A stretch of DNA of 43,222 nt. It comes from Actinomycetes bacterium. Its GTDB lineage: Bacteria; Actinomycetota; Acidimicrobiia; Acidimicrobiales; Palsa-688. Both the position numbers and the translations under genes were made by a program. Below are positions 14,892-23,651 of this stretch, one piece after another. Each line of letters begins with the position of its first letter. The stretch's first letter is position 1. Location of the stretch: the NCBI GenBank assembly GCA_021846485.1, contig JAJZWW010000001.1:1-43222 (forward strand), in the 5' to 3' direction. The notes under the pieces were generated by a model. That model ran no database searches, had not been told where the DNA came from, and worked only from the letters and a program-made list of their open reading frames with translations.

Positions 14892-17671
14892 GCATCTTCG
14901 CCAAGGTCCTGCGCGCCGGTGAAGGCAAGAAGGTCCGGGCGCTGCAGTCCCTGGTGCCGGACATCAGCGCCCTTGAGCCCGAGATGGAGGCGCTCGGCGA
15001 CGAGGCCCTCGCCCACAAGACCGTCGAGCTCCGGGGGCGCTTGGAGCGCGGCGAGGAGCTCAACGACCTGCTGATCGAGGCGTTCGCGGTCGTCCGGGAG
15101 GCCGCTCGGCGCACGATCGGGCAGCGCCACTTCGACGTGCAGCTCATGGGTGGCGCCGCCCTGCACTTCGGCTGGATCGCGGAGATGAAGACCGGCGAGG
15201 GCAAGACCCTCGTGTCCACCCTCTCGGTGTACCTGAACGCCCTGGCCGGCAACGGGGTGCACGTCGTGACCGTCAACGACTACCTGGCCGCCCGGGACGC
15301 GCAGTGGATGGGCCGGGTGCACGACTTCCTCGGACTCAGAGTGGGCCGGGTCGGCCCGGACCTCCCCGACTTCGACGACAAGAAGGCCGCCTACCTGGCG
15401 GACGTCACCTACGGGACCAACACCGAGCTCGGCTTCGACTACCTGAGGGACAACATGGCCCGCTCGCTCGAGCACATGGTCCAGCGGGGCCACCACTACG
15501 CCATCGTGGACGAGGTGGACTCGATCCTGATCGACGAGGCGCGCACCCCGCTCATCATCTCCGGCCCGAGCGACGACTCCGCCCGTCTCTACTACCAGTT
15601 CGCCGGGGTGGCCCGGGGACTGGTGCGCGACCGCGACTACGAGGTCGACGAGGAGAAGCGCACGGTCGCGCCGACCGAGGAGGGCATCGAGCGCGTCGAA
15701 CGGGCGCTCGGCATCGACAACCTCTACGACCTCACCTCCGCGAACTACGTCCACCAGCTCACCAAGGCGCTGCAGGCCAAGGAGCTGTACAGGCGGGACA
15801 AGGAGTACATCGTCGCCGACGGCGAGGTGAGGATCGTCGACGAGTTCACCGGTCGGGTCCTCGAGGGCCGGCGCTGGTCCGACGGGCTGCACCAGGCGGT
15901 GGAGGCCAAGGAGCGCGTCGAGATCAAGGAGGAGAACCACACCTGGGCGACGGTCACCTTGCAGAACTACTTCCGCATGTACGACAAGCTCGCCGGGATG
16001 ACCGGCACGGCGGAGACGGAGGCGGCCGAGTTCGCCAGCACCTACGGCCTCACGGTGGTCCCGATCCCGACCAACAAGCCGATGATCCGCGAGGACCACC
16101 CGGACCTCATCTACAAGTCGGAGGCGACCAAGTTCGCGGCGGTGGTCGAGGACATCGCCGAGCGCCACGAGAAGGGCCAGCCGGTGCTGGTGGGCACCGC
16201 CTCGGTGGAGAAGTCCGAGGTCCTCTCCGAGCTGCTCACCAGGCGGGGGATCCCCCACAGCGTGCTCAACGCCAAGCAGCACGCCCGGGAGGCGCACGTC
16301 GTCGCCCAGGGCGGACGCCTCGGGGCGGTCACGGTCGCCACCAACATGGCCGGCCGCGGGGTGGACATCCTCCTCGGGGGCAACCCCGAGGGCCTCGCCG
16401 GGGAGGAGGTCGCCGCCAGCGGGCTCGACCCCGCCGGCGAGGATGGCCAGGCCCGCTACCGTGAACTGGTCGAGAAGTTCTCCGAGGAGTGCAAGGCCGA
16501 GGGGGACCGGGTGCGCGAGCTCGGCGGGCTGTACGTGCTCGGCTCGGAGCGCCACGAGAGCCGCCGGATCGACAACCAGCTGCGGGGCCGTTCCGGTCGC
16601 CAGGGGGACCCGGGGGAGAGCCGCTTCTTCCTGTCGGTGGAGGACGAGCTGATGCGGCTCTTCGCCACCGGGGCGATGACCTGGGTGATGAACCGGGCCC
16701 TGCCCGACGACGTGCCGATCGACTCCAAGCTGGTCACCAAGTCGATCGAGCGGGCCCAGAACACCGTCGAGTCCCGCAACGCCGAGATCCGCAAGGACGT
16801 CCTCAAGTACGACGAGGTGATGAACGAGCAGCGCAAGGTGGTCTACGCCCGGCGCATGCAGATCCTGGAGGGCGAGGACCTGCGGGCCAGGACGATCGAC
16901 GTGCTCTCCTCGGCGTTGGACAGCATCGTCACTGCCCACTGCGCCGAGGACTTCAAGGAGGACTGGAACCTCGACGGCCTGCTCGCCGAGGCCCGCCAGT
17001 ACTACCCGACGCGCCTCGGCGTCGAGGACCTCGCCGCGCTGGACAGCTCCGACGCGATCTACGAGCGGCTCGCCGGCGAGGCGATCGCCTGCTACGAGGA
17101 ACGGGAGGCGGCGATGCCCGCGCCGCCCGACGGTGAGCCGGCCGACACCATGCGCGAGCTGGAGCGGGAGGTGATGCTCCAGCTGATCGACCAGAAGTGG
17201 CGGACCCACCTCTCGGAGATGGACTACCTGCGCGAGGGCATCAACCTGCGGGCCATGGGTCAGCAGGACCCGCTGGTCGCCTGGCAGCGCGACGGTTACC
17301 AGATGTTCAGCGAGCTGATGGCGAGCATCGACGACGACTACGTGAAGATCGTCATGCACGCCCAGGTCCAGGTGCTGCCCCAGCCGGTCCAGGACACCGC
17401 CGACCTGGCCCACGCCGTCTACCAGGCCCCCGGGGACCCGGTGCAAGGCGTATCGGGAATCGAGCGGGCCGCCCTGGCGGGGCCGGCTCCCGGCGAGGAG
17501 GTCACCTTCGCCAGCGAGGAGGACGTGATGCGGGCCGCGGCGAGCCCGCAGCGCCCGCAGCCCCCGACCGCCGAGCCGCTGGTGGCCGACGGCGTCTGGG
17601 ACCGGGTGGGGCGCAACGACGCGTGCCCGTGCGGGAGCGGCAAGAAGTTCAAGTTCTGCCACGGCCGCTGA
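14888..17671 (+). CDS. secA: preprotein translocase ATPase SecA
   Basis: The 927-aa ORF has a Walker A region (MKTGEGKTLV), a DEAD-like motif (IVDEVDSILIDEARTPLIIS) and the C-terminal zinc motif CPCGSGKKFKFCHG. Confidence 0.98.
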   Translation: MSIFAKVLRAGEGKKVRALQSLVPDISALEPEMEALGDEALAHKTVELRGRLERGEELNDLLIEAFAVVREAARRTIGQRHFDVQLMGGAALHFGWIAEMKTGEGKTLVSTLSVYLNALAGNGVHVVTVNDYLAARDAQWMGRVHDFLGLRVGRVGPDLPDFDDKKAAYLADVTYGTNTELGFDYLRDNMARSLEHMVQRGHHYAIVDEVDSILIDEARTPLIISGPSDDSARLYYQFAGVARGLVRDRDYEVDEEKRTVAPTEEGIERVERALGIDNLYDLTSANYVHQLTKALQAKELYRRDKEYIVADGEVRIVDEFTGRVLEGRRWSDGLHQAVEAKERVEIKEENHTWATVTLQNYFRMYDKLAGMTGTAETEAAEFASTYGLTVVPIPTNKPMIREDHPDLIYKSEATKFAAVVEDIAERHEKGQPVLVGTASVEKSEVLSELLTRRGIPHSVLNAKQHAREAHVVAQGGRLGAVTVATNMAGRGVDILLGGNPEGLAGEEVAASGLDPAGEDGQARYRELVEKFSEECKAEGDRVRELGGLYVLGSERHESRRIDNQLRGRSGRQGDPGESRFFLSVEDELMRLFATGAMTWVMNRALPDDVPIDSKLVTKSIERAQNTVESRNAEIRKDVLKYDEVMNEQRKVVYARRMQILEGEDLRARTIDVLSSALDSIVTAHCAEDFKEDWNLDGLLAEARQYYPTRLGVEDLAALDSSDAIYERLAGEAIACYEEREAAMPAPPDGEPADTMRELEREVMLQLIDQKWRTHLSEMDYLREGINLRAMGQQDPLVAWQRDGYQMFSELMASIDDDYVKIVMHAQVQVLPQPVQDTADLAHAVYQAPGDPVQGVSGIERAALAGPAPGEEVTFASEEDVMRAAASPQRPQPPTAEPLVADGVWDRVGRNDACPCGSGKKFKFCHGR

Positions 17672-17725
17672 GGTGGCCCGGCGGCAGGCACCGCGGCACA
17701 GGGCCGCGTCGGGGGAGAGGTCCTG

Positions 17726-18856
17726 ATGGCCGAGCTGCAAGAGGAGCTGGCCCGGGCCCGCAAGCGCCTGGAGGAGGCCTCCGGGTACCTAGACCTGCCC
17801 CGGTTGCGGCGCCGGCGGGCCGAGCTCGAGGTGGAGATGGCCCGCCCGGACCTGTGGGACGACCCCGCCCACGGCCAACAGGTGGGCCGGGAGTACGGCC
17901 AGGTCAACGGCGACGTCGAGGCTCTCGACTCCCTCGCCGCCCGGCTCTCGGACGCCGAGACGCTCCTCGAGCTGGCCGGCGAGACCGACGGCGCCGAGGC
18001 GGCCGGCGTGGAGGGCGAGGCGGCCGGCCTGCTGGTCGAGACCGCGGCGAGCCTCGACCGCCTCGAGCTGCGGTCGCTGTTCACCGGCGAGCACGACGAG
18101 GCCGACGCGGTCTGCGAGATCCACGCCAAGGACGGGGGTACCGACGCCCAGGACTGGGCCGAGATGATGCTGCGCATGTACCAGCGCTGGGCGGACCGGA
18201 GAGGCTTCGAGCTGGAGATGGAGGAGGTGAGCCCCGGTCAGGAGGCGGGGATCCTGTCGGCGACGTTCTTGGTCCGCGGCCGCTACGCCATGGGGCTGCT
18301 CGCCTCGGAGCGGGGGGTGCACCGCCTGGTGCGGATCTCGCCGTTCGACTCCCAGGCCCGTCGCCAGACGAGCTTCGCGACCTTCGGGGCGGTCCCGTTC
18401 CTGGAGGAGTCCGGAGAGGTGGAGATCGACGAGAAGGACCTGCGGATCGACACCTATCGATCACAGGGCGCCGGTGGCCAGCACGTCAACGTGACCGATT
18501 CGGCGGTCCGGATCACCCACCTGCCGACCGGGGTCGTGGTGGCGGTCCAGAACGAGCGCAGCCAGTTCCAGAACAAGGCCAAGGCGATGCAGATCCTCGC
18601 CGCCCGGCTCGCCGAGCGGGCTCGCGAGGAGCGTGCCGCGGAGATGGAGGCGCTGGCCGGGCCGAAGAAGATGGTCGGGTGGGGCTCGCAGATCCGCTCC
18701 TACGTGCTGGCCCCCTACCAGCAGGTCAAGGACCACCGCAGCGACTTCGAGACCGGCAACGTGTCCGCGGTGCTCGATGGTGACCTGGACGGCTTCATGG
18801 AGTCCTACCTCCGTTGGCGACGCTCCGGGGGGGGCGACGCCGTCGGCCTCGGCTGA
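17726..18856 (+). CDS. prfB: peptide chain release factor 2
   Basis: The 376-aa ORF carries the SPF tripeptide ([15 protein letters not shown]) and the GGQ motif ([10 protein letters not shown]). It is a single continuous reading frame with no internal UGA frameshift site. Confidence 0.97.
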   Translation: MAELQEELARARKRLEEASGYLDLPRLRRRRAELEVEMARPDLWDDPAHGQQVGREYGQVNGDVEALDSLAARLSDAETLLELAGETDGAEAAGVEGEAAGLLVETAASLDRLELRSLFTGEHDEADAVCEIHAKDGGTDAQDWAEMMLRMYQRWADRRGFELEMEEVSPGQEAGILSATFLVRGRYAMGLLASERGVHRLVRISPFDSQARRQTSFATFGAVPFLEESGEVEIDEKDLRIDTYRSQGAGGQHVNVTDSAVRITHLPTGVVVAVQNERSQFQNKAKAMQILAARLAERAREERAAEMEALAGPKKMVGWGSQIRSYVLAPYQQVKDHRSDFETGNVSAVLDGDLDGFMESYLRWRRSGGGDAVGLG

Positions 18857-18936
18857 GCCGCGCGGCGCGGGGCTTTTCCCCGAGCCCCCGACCAGCTACC
18901 CTACGGGGTGCACGCGGGCGGCGTGCTCCTTCTCCC

Positions 18937-19623
18937 ATGATCAGATTCGAGCACGTCACCAAGGCCTACAAGGGCTCCACCGTCGCCCTCCGGGACGTCA
19001 GCGTGGACATCCGCAAGGGGGAGCTGGTCTTCTTGGTCGGCCCCTCCGGGTCGGGGAAGTCCACCTTCTTGCGCCTGGTCACCAAAGAGGAGGTCGCCGA
19101 CGGCGGCCAGGTCTGGGTCGCCGGCAAGGAGGTCGGGTCGCTGCCGGCGTTCAAGGTCCCGTACCTTCGACGCAACATCGGCTGCGTGTTCCAGGACTTC
19201 CGCCTGCTGCCGACCAAGAGCGTCTACGAGAACGTGGCGTTCGCCCTGGAGGTGATCGGCCGGCCCCGCCACGTCGTGCGCAGCCAGGTGCCCCAGATCC
19301 TCGACCTGGTCGGCCTCGGCAAGAAGTTGCGGAGCCTGCCGGGGGAGCTGTCGGGCGGTGAGCAGCAGCGGGTGGCGATCGCCCGCGCCTTCGTCAACCG
19401 CCCGCTGATCCTGCTGGCCGACGAGCCGACCGGCAACCTGGACCCGAGCACGACGGCGGGGATCATGAGGCTGCTCGACCGGATCAACAAGACCGGCACC
19501 ACCGTCGTCATGGCCACCCACGACAACACCATCGTCGACTCGATGCGCCGACGGGTGATCGAGCTCGACCGGGGCACGGTGGTCCGGGACCAAGAGCGCG
19601 GCATCTACGGCGTGGGGGCCTGA
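18937..19623 (+). CDS. ftsE: cell-division ABC transporter ATP-binding protein FtsE
   Basis: The start is ATG at 18937 ([13 protein letters not shown]). Motifs are Walker A (GPSGSGKST), the ABC signature (LSGGEQQR) and Walker B ([12 protein letters not shown]). Confidence 0.96.
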   Translation: MIRFEHVTKAYKGSTVALRDVSVDIRKGELVFLVGPSGSGKSTFLRLVTKEEVADGGQVWVAGKEVGSLPAFKVPYLRRNIGCVFQDFRLLPTKSVYENVAFALEVIGRPRHVVRSQVPQILDLVGLGKKLRSLPGELSGGEQQRVAIARAFVNRPLILLADEPTGNLDPSTTAGIMRLLDRINKTGTTVVMATHDNTIVDSMRRRVIELDRGTVVRDQERGIYGVGA

Positions 19624-19626
19624 GCG

Positions 19627-20541
19627 TTGGCCCTCCCCTCCCGGTACCTGCTGCGCGAGACCGCCGACAACCTGCGCCGTAACCTGGTGATGACCGTCGC
19701 CGCGGTGGTCACCATGGTCGTCTCGCTGGCGGCTGCCGGCGGCGTGCTCATCATGCGCGAGGCGATCCACAAGCAGGCGATCGAGTGGCGCGGCGGCGTG
19801 CAGGTCGCGGTCTTCTTGAACCCGTCGGTCACCCCGAGCGAGGTTCACGCCGTCGGTCAGCTGCTCGCGGAGGACCGGGTCGGGGCGTCGGGTTCGGCCA
19901 GCCCGCACCTGGTCAAGAGCTACTTCTACGTCGACAAGGTCCGGGCGTACAAGGAGTTCAAGACGCTCTTCGGTGGCGACCCGCAGCTGGTCAAGGTCAT
20001 GACCCCTGCCCAGATGCCCCCGTCGTACCGGGTGGTGCCTGCCCGCCCGGGGGACGTGACCACGATCGGGGACCAGTTCTCCCACCAGCCGGGCGTGTAC
20101 CGGGTGTCCTACGCCCGCCAGGCGATCGTCGCCCTGGAGAACCGCTTCCACACCCTGTCGGAGATCGCCGTGGCTCTCGCCATCGGGGTCATGGTCGGGG
20201 CGGTCGCGCTGATCGTCAACACCATCCAGCTGGCGATCTTCGCCCGTCGGCGGGAGGTGGCGGTGATGAAGCTCGTGGGGGCGACCAACTGGTTCATCCG
20301 CATACCGTTCATGCTGGAGGGCCTGGTGGACGGGGTGCTCGGCGCGGTCCTCGCGTTCATCCCGATCTACTTCGCCCGGGGTTCCATCGCCTCGTTCGTC
20401 GGCAGCGAGTCGCTCGGGCTGCAGCGGCTGTACGTGACCCCGCACGACGCGGTGATGACCGGTCTGGTGATGCTCGTCGTGGGTGCGGCTGTCGGGGCGA
20501 TCGGCTCGGCCTTCGCGGTCCGCCGTTTCCTGCGGGTCTGA
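19627..20541 (+). CDS. ftsX: cell-division permease-like protein FtsX
   Basis: It lies immediately after ftsE. The N-terminus (LRETADNLRRNLVMTVAAVVTMVVSL) is typical of FtsX. An extracellular domain is followed by three C-terminal TM helices. The start codon is TTG at 19627, the first start in the frame. Confidence 0.92.
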   Translation: MALPSRYLLRETADNLRRNLVMTVAAVVTMVVSLAAAGGVLIMREAIHKQAIEWRGGVQVAVFLNPSVTPSEVHAVGQLLAEDRVGASGSASPHLVKSYFYVDKVRAYKEFKTLFGGDPQLVKVMTPAQMPPSYRVVPARPGDVTTIGDQFSHQPGVYRVSYARQAIVALENRFHTLSEIAVALAIGVMVGAVALIVNTIQLAIFARRREVAVMKLVGATNWFIRIPFMLEGLVDGVLGAVLAFIPIYFARGSIASFVGSESLGLQRLYVTPHDAVMTGLVMLVVGAAVGAIGSAFAVRRFLRV

Positions 20542-20581
20542 CCGCCGGCTTGCTCCGCCGGGGCGCTCCGGGGATGCCGGC

Positions 20582-20977
20582 TCAGTCGTCGGCGGCGTTG
20601 ACCAGGTGGGTGGCCGCCGACTCGAAGTAGCTGGTCAGCTGGGCTGTCTCCATCGCCCCGGCCTCCGAGGCACTCAGCGCGGCGAGCATGTGGCGGACCC
20701 AGGCGTCGCGGGCAGCCCGGGTGATCCGGAACTGGGCGTGGCGCGCCCCCAGGCGCGGGTGGCCCCGCCGGTCGCCGTAGGTGGTCGGGCCGCCGGAGAA
20801 CTGGACCAGGAAGTCCCGCAGGTTGACCCGGGCGGCCTCGAAGGCCGCCTCGTCGTCGGGGTAGAGCGCGCCGAGCAGCGGGTCGTCTCTCAGCGAGGCG
20901 TAGAACCGCCGGGTGAGCATTTCGAAGAAGGTGTCACCGCCTACCCGCTGGTAGAGACTGCTCGGGGCCACCCCCAC
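20582..20977 (-). CDS. glbO: group II truncated haemoglobin (GlbO-type)
   Basis: The sequence SLYQRVGGDTFFEMLTRRFYASLRDDPLLGALYPDD ... RGHPRLGARHAQFRITRAARDAWVRHM closely parallels mycobacterial GlbO. By comparison with GlbO N-termini, the likely start is a GTG at 20977 or 20971. The ORF is open up to an ATG at 21043. Confidence 0.88.
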   Translation of the reverse strand: MGVAPSSLYQRVGGDTFFEMLTRRFYASLRDDPLLGALYPDDEAAFEAARVNLRDFLVQFSGGPTTYGDRRGHPRLGARHAQFRITRAARDAWVRHMLAALSASEAGAMETAQLTSYFESAATHLVNAADD

Positions 20978-21085
20978 AGGATGGCGCGGCGAGGGCCGGT
21001 CGCGGCGCGGCGGCGGGCCGGGACCCCCCAGGGTCCGTATCATCCCGGCACGAGCCTCGACCGAGCTGTCCCACCTTCCACCCGG

Positions 21086-21430
21086 GTGCTACCCCCCCGC
21101 CTGCGCACGGCCGCTTGCCTGGGGTTGCTCGCCGTCGCCCTGGGGGGTTGCGGTGGGCGCTCCGGTCCGAGCCCGGCGGCCGCCGACGCCTTCTTGGGGG
21201 CGGTCCACACTGCCGACCCGGCGGTCAACCAGGTCCGCAGCGACCGGGCCCTGCTGCGCCTGGGCGAGGCCGTCTGCGCGGAGCTCTCCTCGGGGGCGTC
21301 GTTCCAGACCGTCGCCGATCGGCTGCTCACCAGCGGGCTGCCCACCGGGGACATCGGGGCCCTGCTGTCGGCCGCGGCCGACGACCTCTGTCCCCGCTAC
21401 CGGGGCCGGGTCGATCTCGGCGGCTCCTGA
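21086..21430 (+). CDS. DUF732-like lipoprotein
   Basis: A GTG at 21086 gives VLPPRLRTAACLGLLAVALGGCGG, a signal peptide with a LGGC lipobox. It continues AADAFLGAV ... LGEAVCAELSSGASFQTVADRLL ... LLSAAADDLCP, the conserved two-Cys DUF732 pattern. This is the 3-prime part of the 20483..21430 track ORF. Confidence 0.7.
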   Translation: MLPPRLRTAACLGLLAVALGGCGGRSGPSPAAADAFLGAVHTADPAVNQVRSDRALLRLGEAVCAELSSGASFQTVADRLLTSGLPTGDIGALLSAAADDLCPRYRGRVDLGGS

Positions 21431-21468
21431 GCTGAGCTCGGGCCGAGAAGCTGCTGAGCTGGGGGAGA

Positions 21469-22686
21469 TCAGCTCCCGATGGCCGGGCTGGTCGGTCCGC
21501 CGAGCGGCCACGGCGAGACGAAGGTGAGGACCCGCCGGCCCAGGGAGAGGTGGGAGCCGGGCTCGAGGGGCTCGGGGCGCAGGGGTGCCAGCCGCTCCCA
21601 GTCGGTCCGGCCGGGGCGGACTAGGTGGGTGCCGGCTGCGGCTCCCCGGTCGGCGACGGTCACCGACCACCCCGACACCCGGATCTCCAGGTGCGCTGGC
21701 GCGAGGTCGCTGTCCCGGGAGGCGAGCCGCAGCGGGGTGGCGCCACCCCCGGCCACCGCCGGGTCTGCGCCAGGGTCGGCGCCGAGCACCAGGTCGCCGT
21801 CGACCCGGTAGACGTTGCCGTCGTCGGCCAGGAGCAGCCCGATCGGGGGGCGGGCGCCGCTCGACGCCGTCGGGCTCGCGATGCGCTCGGCGCAGCGCGC
21901 GCATCGTGGCGCTGCAGGGTGGTTGAAGTGGCCGTTGGGGCACCGCCGGCCCGGGACCAGCGGGGCGGGACCGGCCGGTGGGCCGGGCGTGGCGTCCACC
22001 CCCGGGAGCGGGTCGCGGGTGACCGACGGGGCCGAGCGCAGGTCGAGCAACCTCCCCGAGGAGGGCGGGGATCGGTCCCCGGCCGGCGGGGGCGCCGCCC
22101 GCGGCGCGGAGGCGACCAGCGGGTCGTAGCTGCCGGCTGCCGACGGCGGTGGGGCGCCGTGCGCGCGGGGCCGTCCCTCGCCCGGCCCCGGGGCGGAAGA
22201 GCCGGCGGCGAAGGCCCCGGCGAGAGCGAGGTCGGCGCCGGCGGGCACGAGCAGGAAGCCGCCCCCGGGTACGGTGCCTCCGGCCAGGTCGTAGGGGGAG
22301 TCGGGGTGGAGCTGGGGCAGCGCCGAGCCGGCCGGCCCGAGGCTCAGAGCCGGTCGGGGGGTCACCGCGGACAGCTTCCAACCCTCCGACGGGGCCGGCG
22401 CCAGCCAGGTCTCGCCGTCCCAGAGCTGGACCGGTCCGTGGAGGATCGCCACCCATCCTCCGTCGTCGCGCCCGACCGCTCCGAAGGCCGCCCCGGGCTC
22501 TGGGTCGCGCTGGGCGAGGATCCCGGCCACGTGGTCGGCCAGCAGCCGCCCACCCCTCCCGGAGGGGCCGACGTTGCGCAGCGACTGGTGCAAGAAGCCG
22601 AGCAGGGCGGGGGAGGCGGTTGGTCCGGCCCACGCCGCGACCCCGCCGGAGCGCATCACCGTGCCCGGGCCGACGAGCACCTCCAC
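21469..22686 (-). CDS. FHA-domain protein with internal zinc ribbon
   Basis: The C-terminal FHA domain reads YRVDGDLVLGADP ... SRDSDLAPAHLEIRVSGWSVTVADRGAAAGTHL ... LEPGSHLSLGRRVLTF. It is preceded by RRCPNGHFNHPAAPRCARCAERI and a P/A/G-rich linker. The N-terminal domain of about 180 aa was not recognised. The upstream part of the track ORF overlaps the kinase gene in another frame, so the start is taken as GTG at 22686 (alternative ATG at 22656). Confidence 0.8.
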   Translation of the reverse strand: MEVLVGPGTVMRSGGVAAWAGPTASPALLGFLHQSLRNVGPSGRGGRLLADHVAGILAQRDPEPGAAFGAVGRDDGGWVAILHGPVQLWDGETWLAPAPSEGWKLSAVTPRPALSLGPAGSALPQLHPDSPYDLAGGTVPGGGFLLVPAGADLALAGAFAAGSSAPGPGEGRPRAHGAPPPSAAGSYDPLVASAPRAAPPPAGDRSPPSSGRLLDLRSAPSVTRDPLPGVDATPGPPAGPAPLVPGRRCPNGHFNHPAAPRCARCAERIASPTASSGARPPIGLLLADDGNVYRVDGDLVLGADPGADPAVAGGGATPLRLASRDSDLAPAHLEIRVSGWSVTVADRGAAAGTHLVRPGRTDWERLAPLRPEPLEPGSHLSLGRRVLTFVSPWPLGGPTSPAIGS

Positions 22687-22723
22687 GCGGTCGCTCAACC
22701 TTCGGGCCTTGTCGGGCGGGCGG

Positions 22724-23605
22724 TCACGCGGGCGCCATCTGCTCCAGGCGCTCCGCGACGGCCAGCGCGGTCGCCGGCCGCCGGGCCGGGTCGGGCTCCA
22801 GGCACTCGCGGACCAGGTCCCCGGCCGGCCCGGACAGCGACGCGTCCACCCGGGGGCGCTCGACGAGCACCCGCTGCACCGCGGTGACCACGGGGTCCCG
22901 GGGGAGGTCGGGGTGGAGCAGGGTCCCGGTGAGCTGGCGGTGGAGCAGAGCGCCGAGCGCGTAGATGTCGGAGGCCCTCGTCGCCCCGGCACCCCAGAGC
23001 CGGTCGGGCTCGGCGCCGTCCAGGTCCTCGGGGGCGACCACCCGGGTGACCGCCGGCGGGAGGGCGGCCGCCGCCGCCAGCGGCAGGTCGAGCAGCCCCT
23101 CCTCACCGTCGAGCAGCACCGTGCCGGGACGGATGTCGCCGTGCGCCCAGCCGGCCTCGTGCAGCTCGTGGGCCGCCCGGGCCGCGGTGGCGATCGCTCT
23201 CATGGCGAGCCCTGGGGCGACCGAGGCGCTCGCCACCGGGCGGGCACCGGGATGGTCCCGGGAAGCCCAGGCGGTCGACTGGCCTCCCCGGGGCTCACGG
23301 CCCGCCTCGATCAAGGCGGGCAGGCGCGGTGAGCGGATCGACGCCAGCTCCTCCAGGCGGTGGCCGAGGACCGCCCAGCCGGCCTCGTCGAGCGGCCCCA
23401 GGTCGACGACCACGACCGCTCCGTCCCTCCCCAGGCGGGATGGCGGTTCGGCCACCCAGGCCGGTCCGGATCCGGCGTCGGCTCCGGCGGCCGGGCTGGT
23501 GATCCGGTAGTCGGCGTAGCTGGGCGGCACGGCACCTCCTCCTTCGGGGTCGGGGAAGCCTACCGCTCCACCCTTGCGGTCGGTCTCCACAGAGGGCAGT
23601 ATCAA
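22724..23605 (-). CDS. Hanks-type Ser/Thr kinase-like protein with degenerate catalytic motifs (probable pseudokinase)
   Basis: The kinase fold is recognisable: HGDIRPGTVLL corresponds to HRDxKPxN, LLDLPLA to DFG, VVAPEDL to APE, SDIYALGALLHRQLTG to subdomain IX, and EPDPARRP to subdomain XI. The Gly-rich loop is degraded, and the VAIK lysine position reads AVVVVDL. The start is uncertain, with TTG at 23605 and GTG at 23590. Confidence 0.72.
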   Translation of the reverse strand: MILPSVETDRKGGAVGFPDPEGGGAVPPSYADYRITSPAAGADAGSGPAWVAEPPSRLGRDGAVVVVDLGPLDEAGWAVLGHRLEELASIRSPRLPALIEAGREPRGGQSTAWASRDHPGARPVASASVAPGLAMRAIATAARAAHELHEAGWAHGDIRPGTVLLDGEEGLLDLPLAAAAALPPAVTRVVAPEDLDGAEPDRLWGAGATRASDIYALGALLHRQLTGTLLHPDLPRDPVVTAVQRVLVERPRVDASLSGPAGDLVRECLEPDPARRPATALAVAERLEQMAPA

Positions 23606-23610
23606 ATACT
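23598..23610. promoter_or_regulatory. 13-bp palindrome AGTAT-CAA-ATACT in the AT-rich divergent promoter region
   Basis: It was read directly from the sequence. It lies in the most AT-rich patch of the window (about 23590-23640), between the divergent kinase-like and transglycosylase genes, and overlaps the TTG candidate start of the kinase-like gene. Confidence 0.3.
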
Positions 23611-23651
23611 ATGGAGAGGTATGAAAAAGGCTTAGAGGACCAGGAGTCGCG

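Noticed and set aside
17780-17810. Programmed +1 frameshift site in prfB.
   Set aside because: The region equivalent to the E. coli CUU UGA C site reads GGG TAC CTA GAC (G Y L D) in a single open frame. RF2 here is encoded without frameshifting, which I believe also holds for other Actinobacteria such as M. tuberculosis, so it is not unusual.
21428-21470. A repeated GCTGAGCT strings cluster (cctgaGCTGAGCTcgggccgagaagctGCTGAGCTggggg) between the DUF732 and FHA genes.
   Set aside because: The spacer is only 38 nt and lies between convergent stops. The repeats are short and partly palindromic (AGCT), consistent with a weak terminator or chance.
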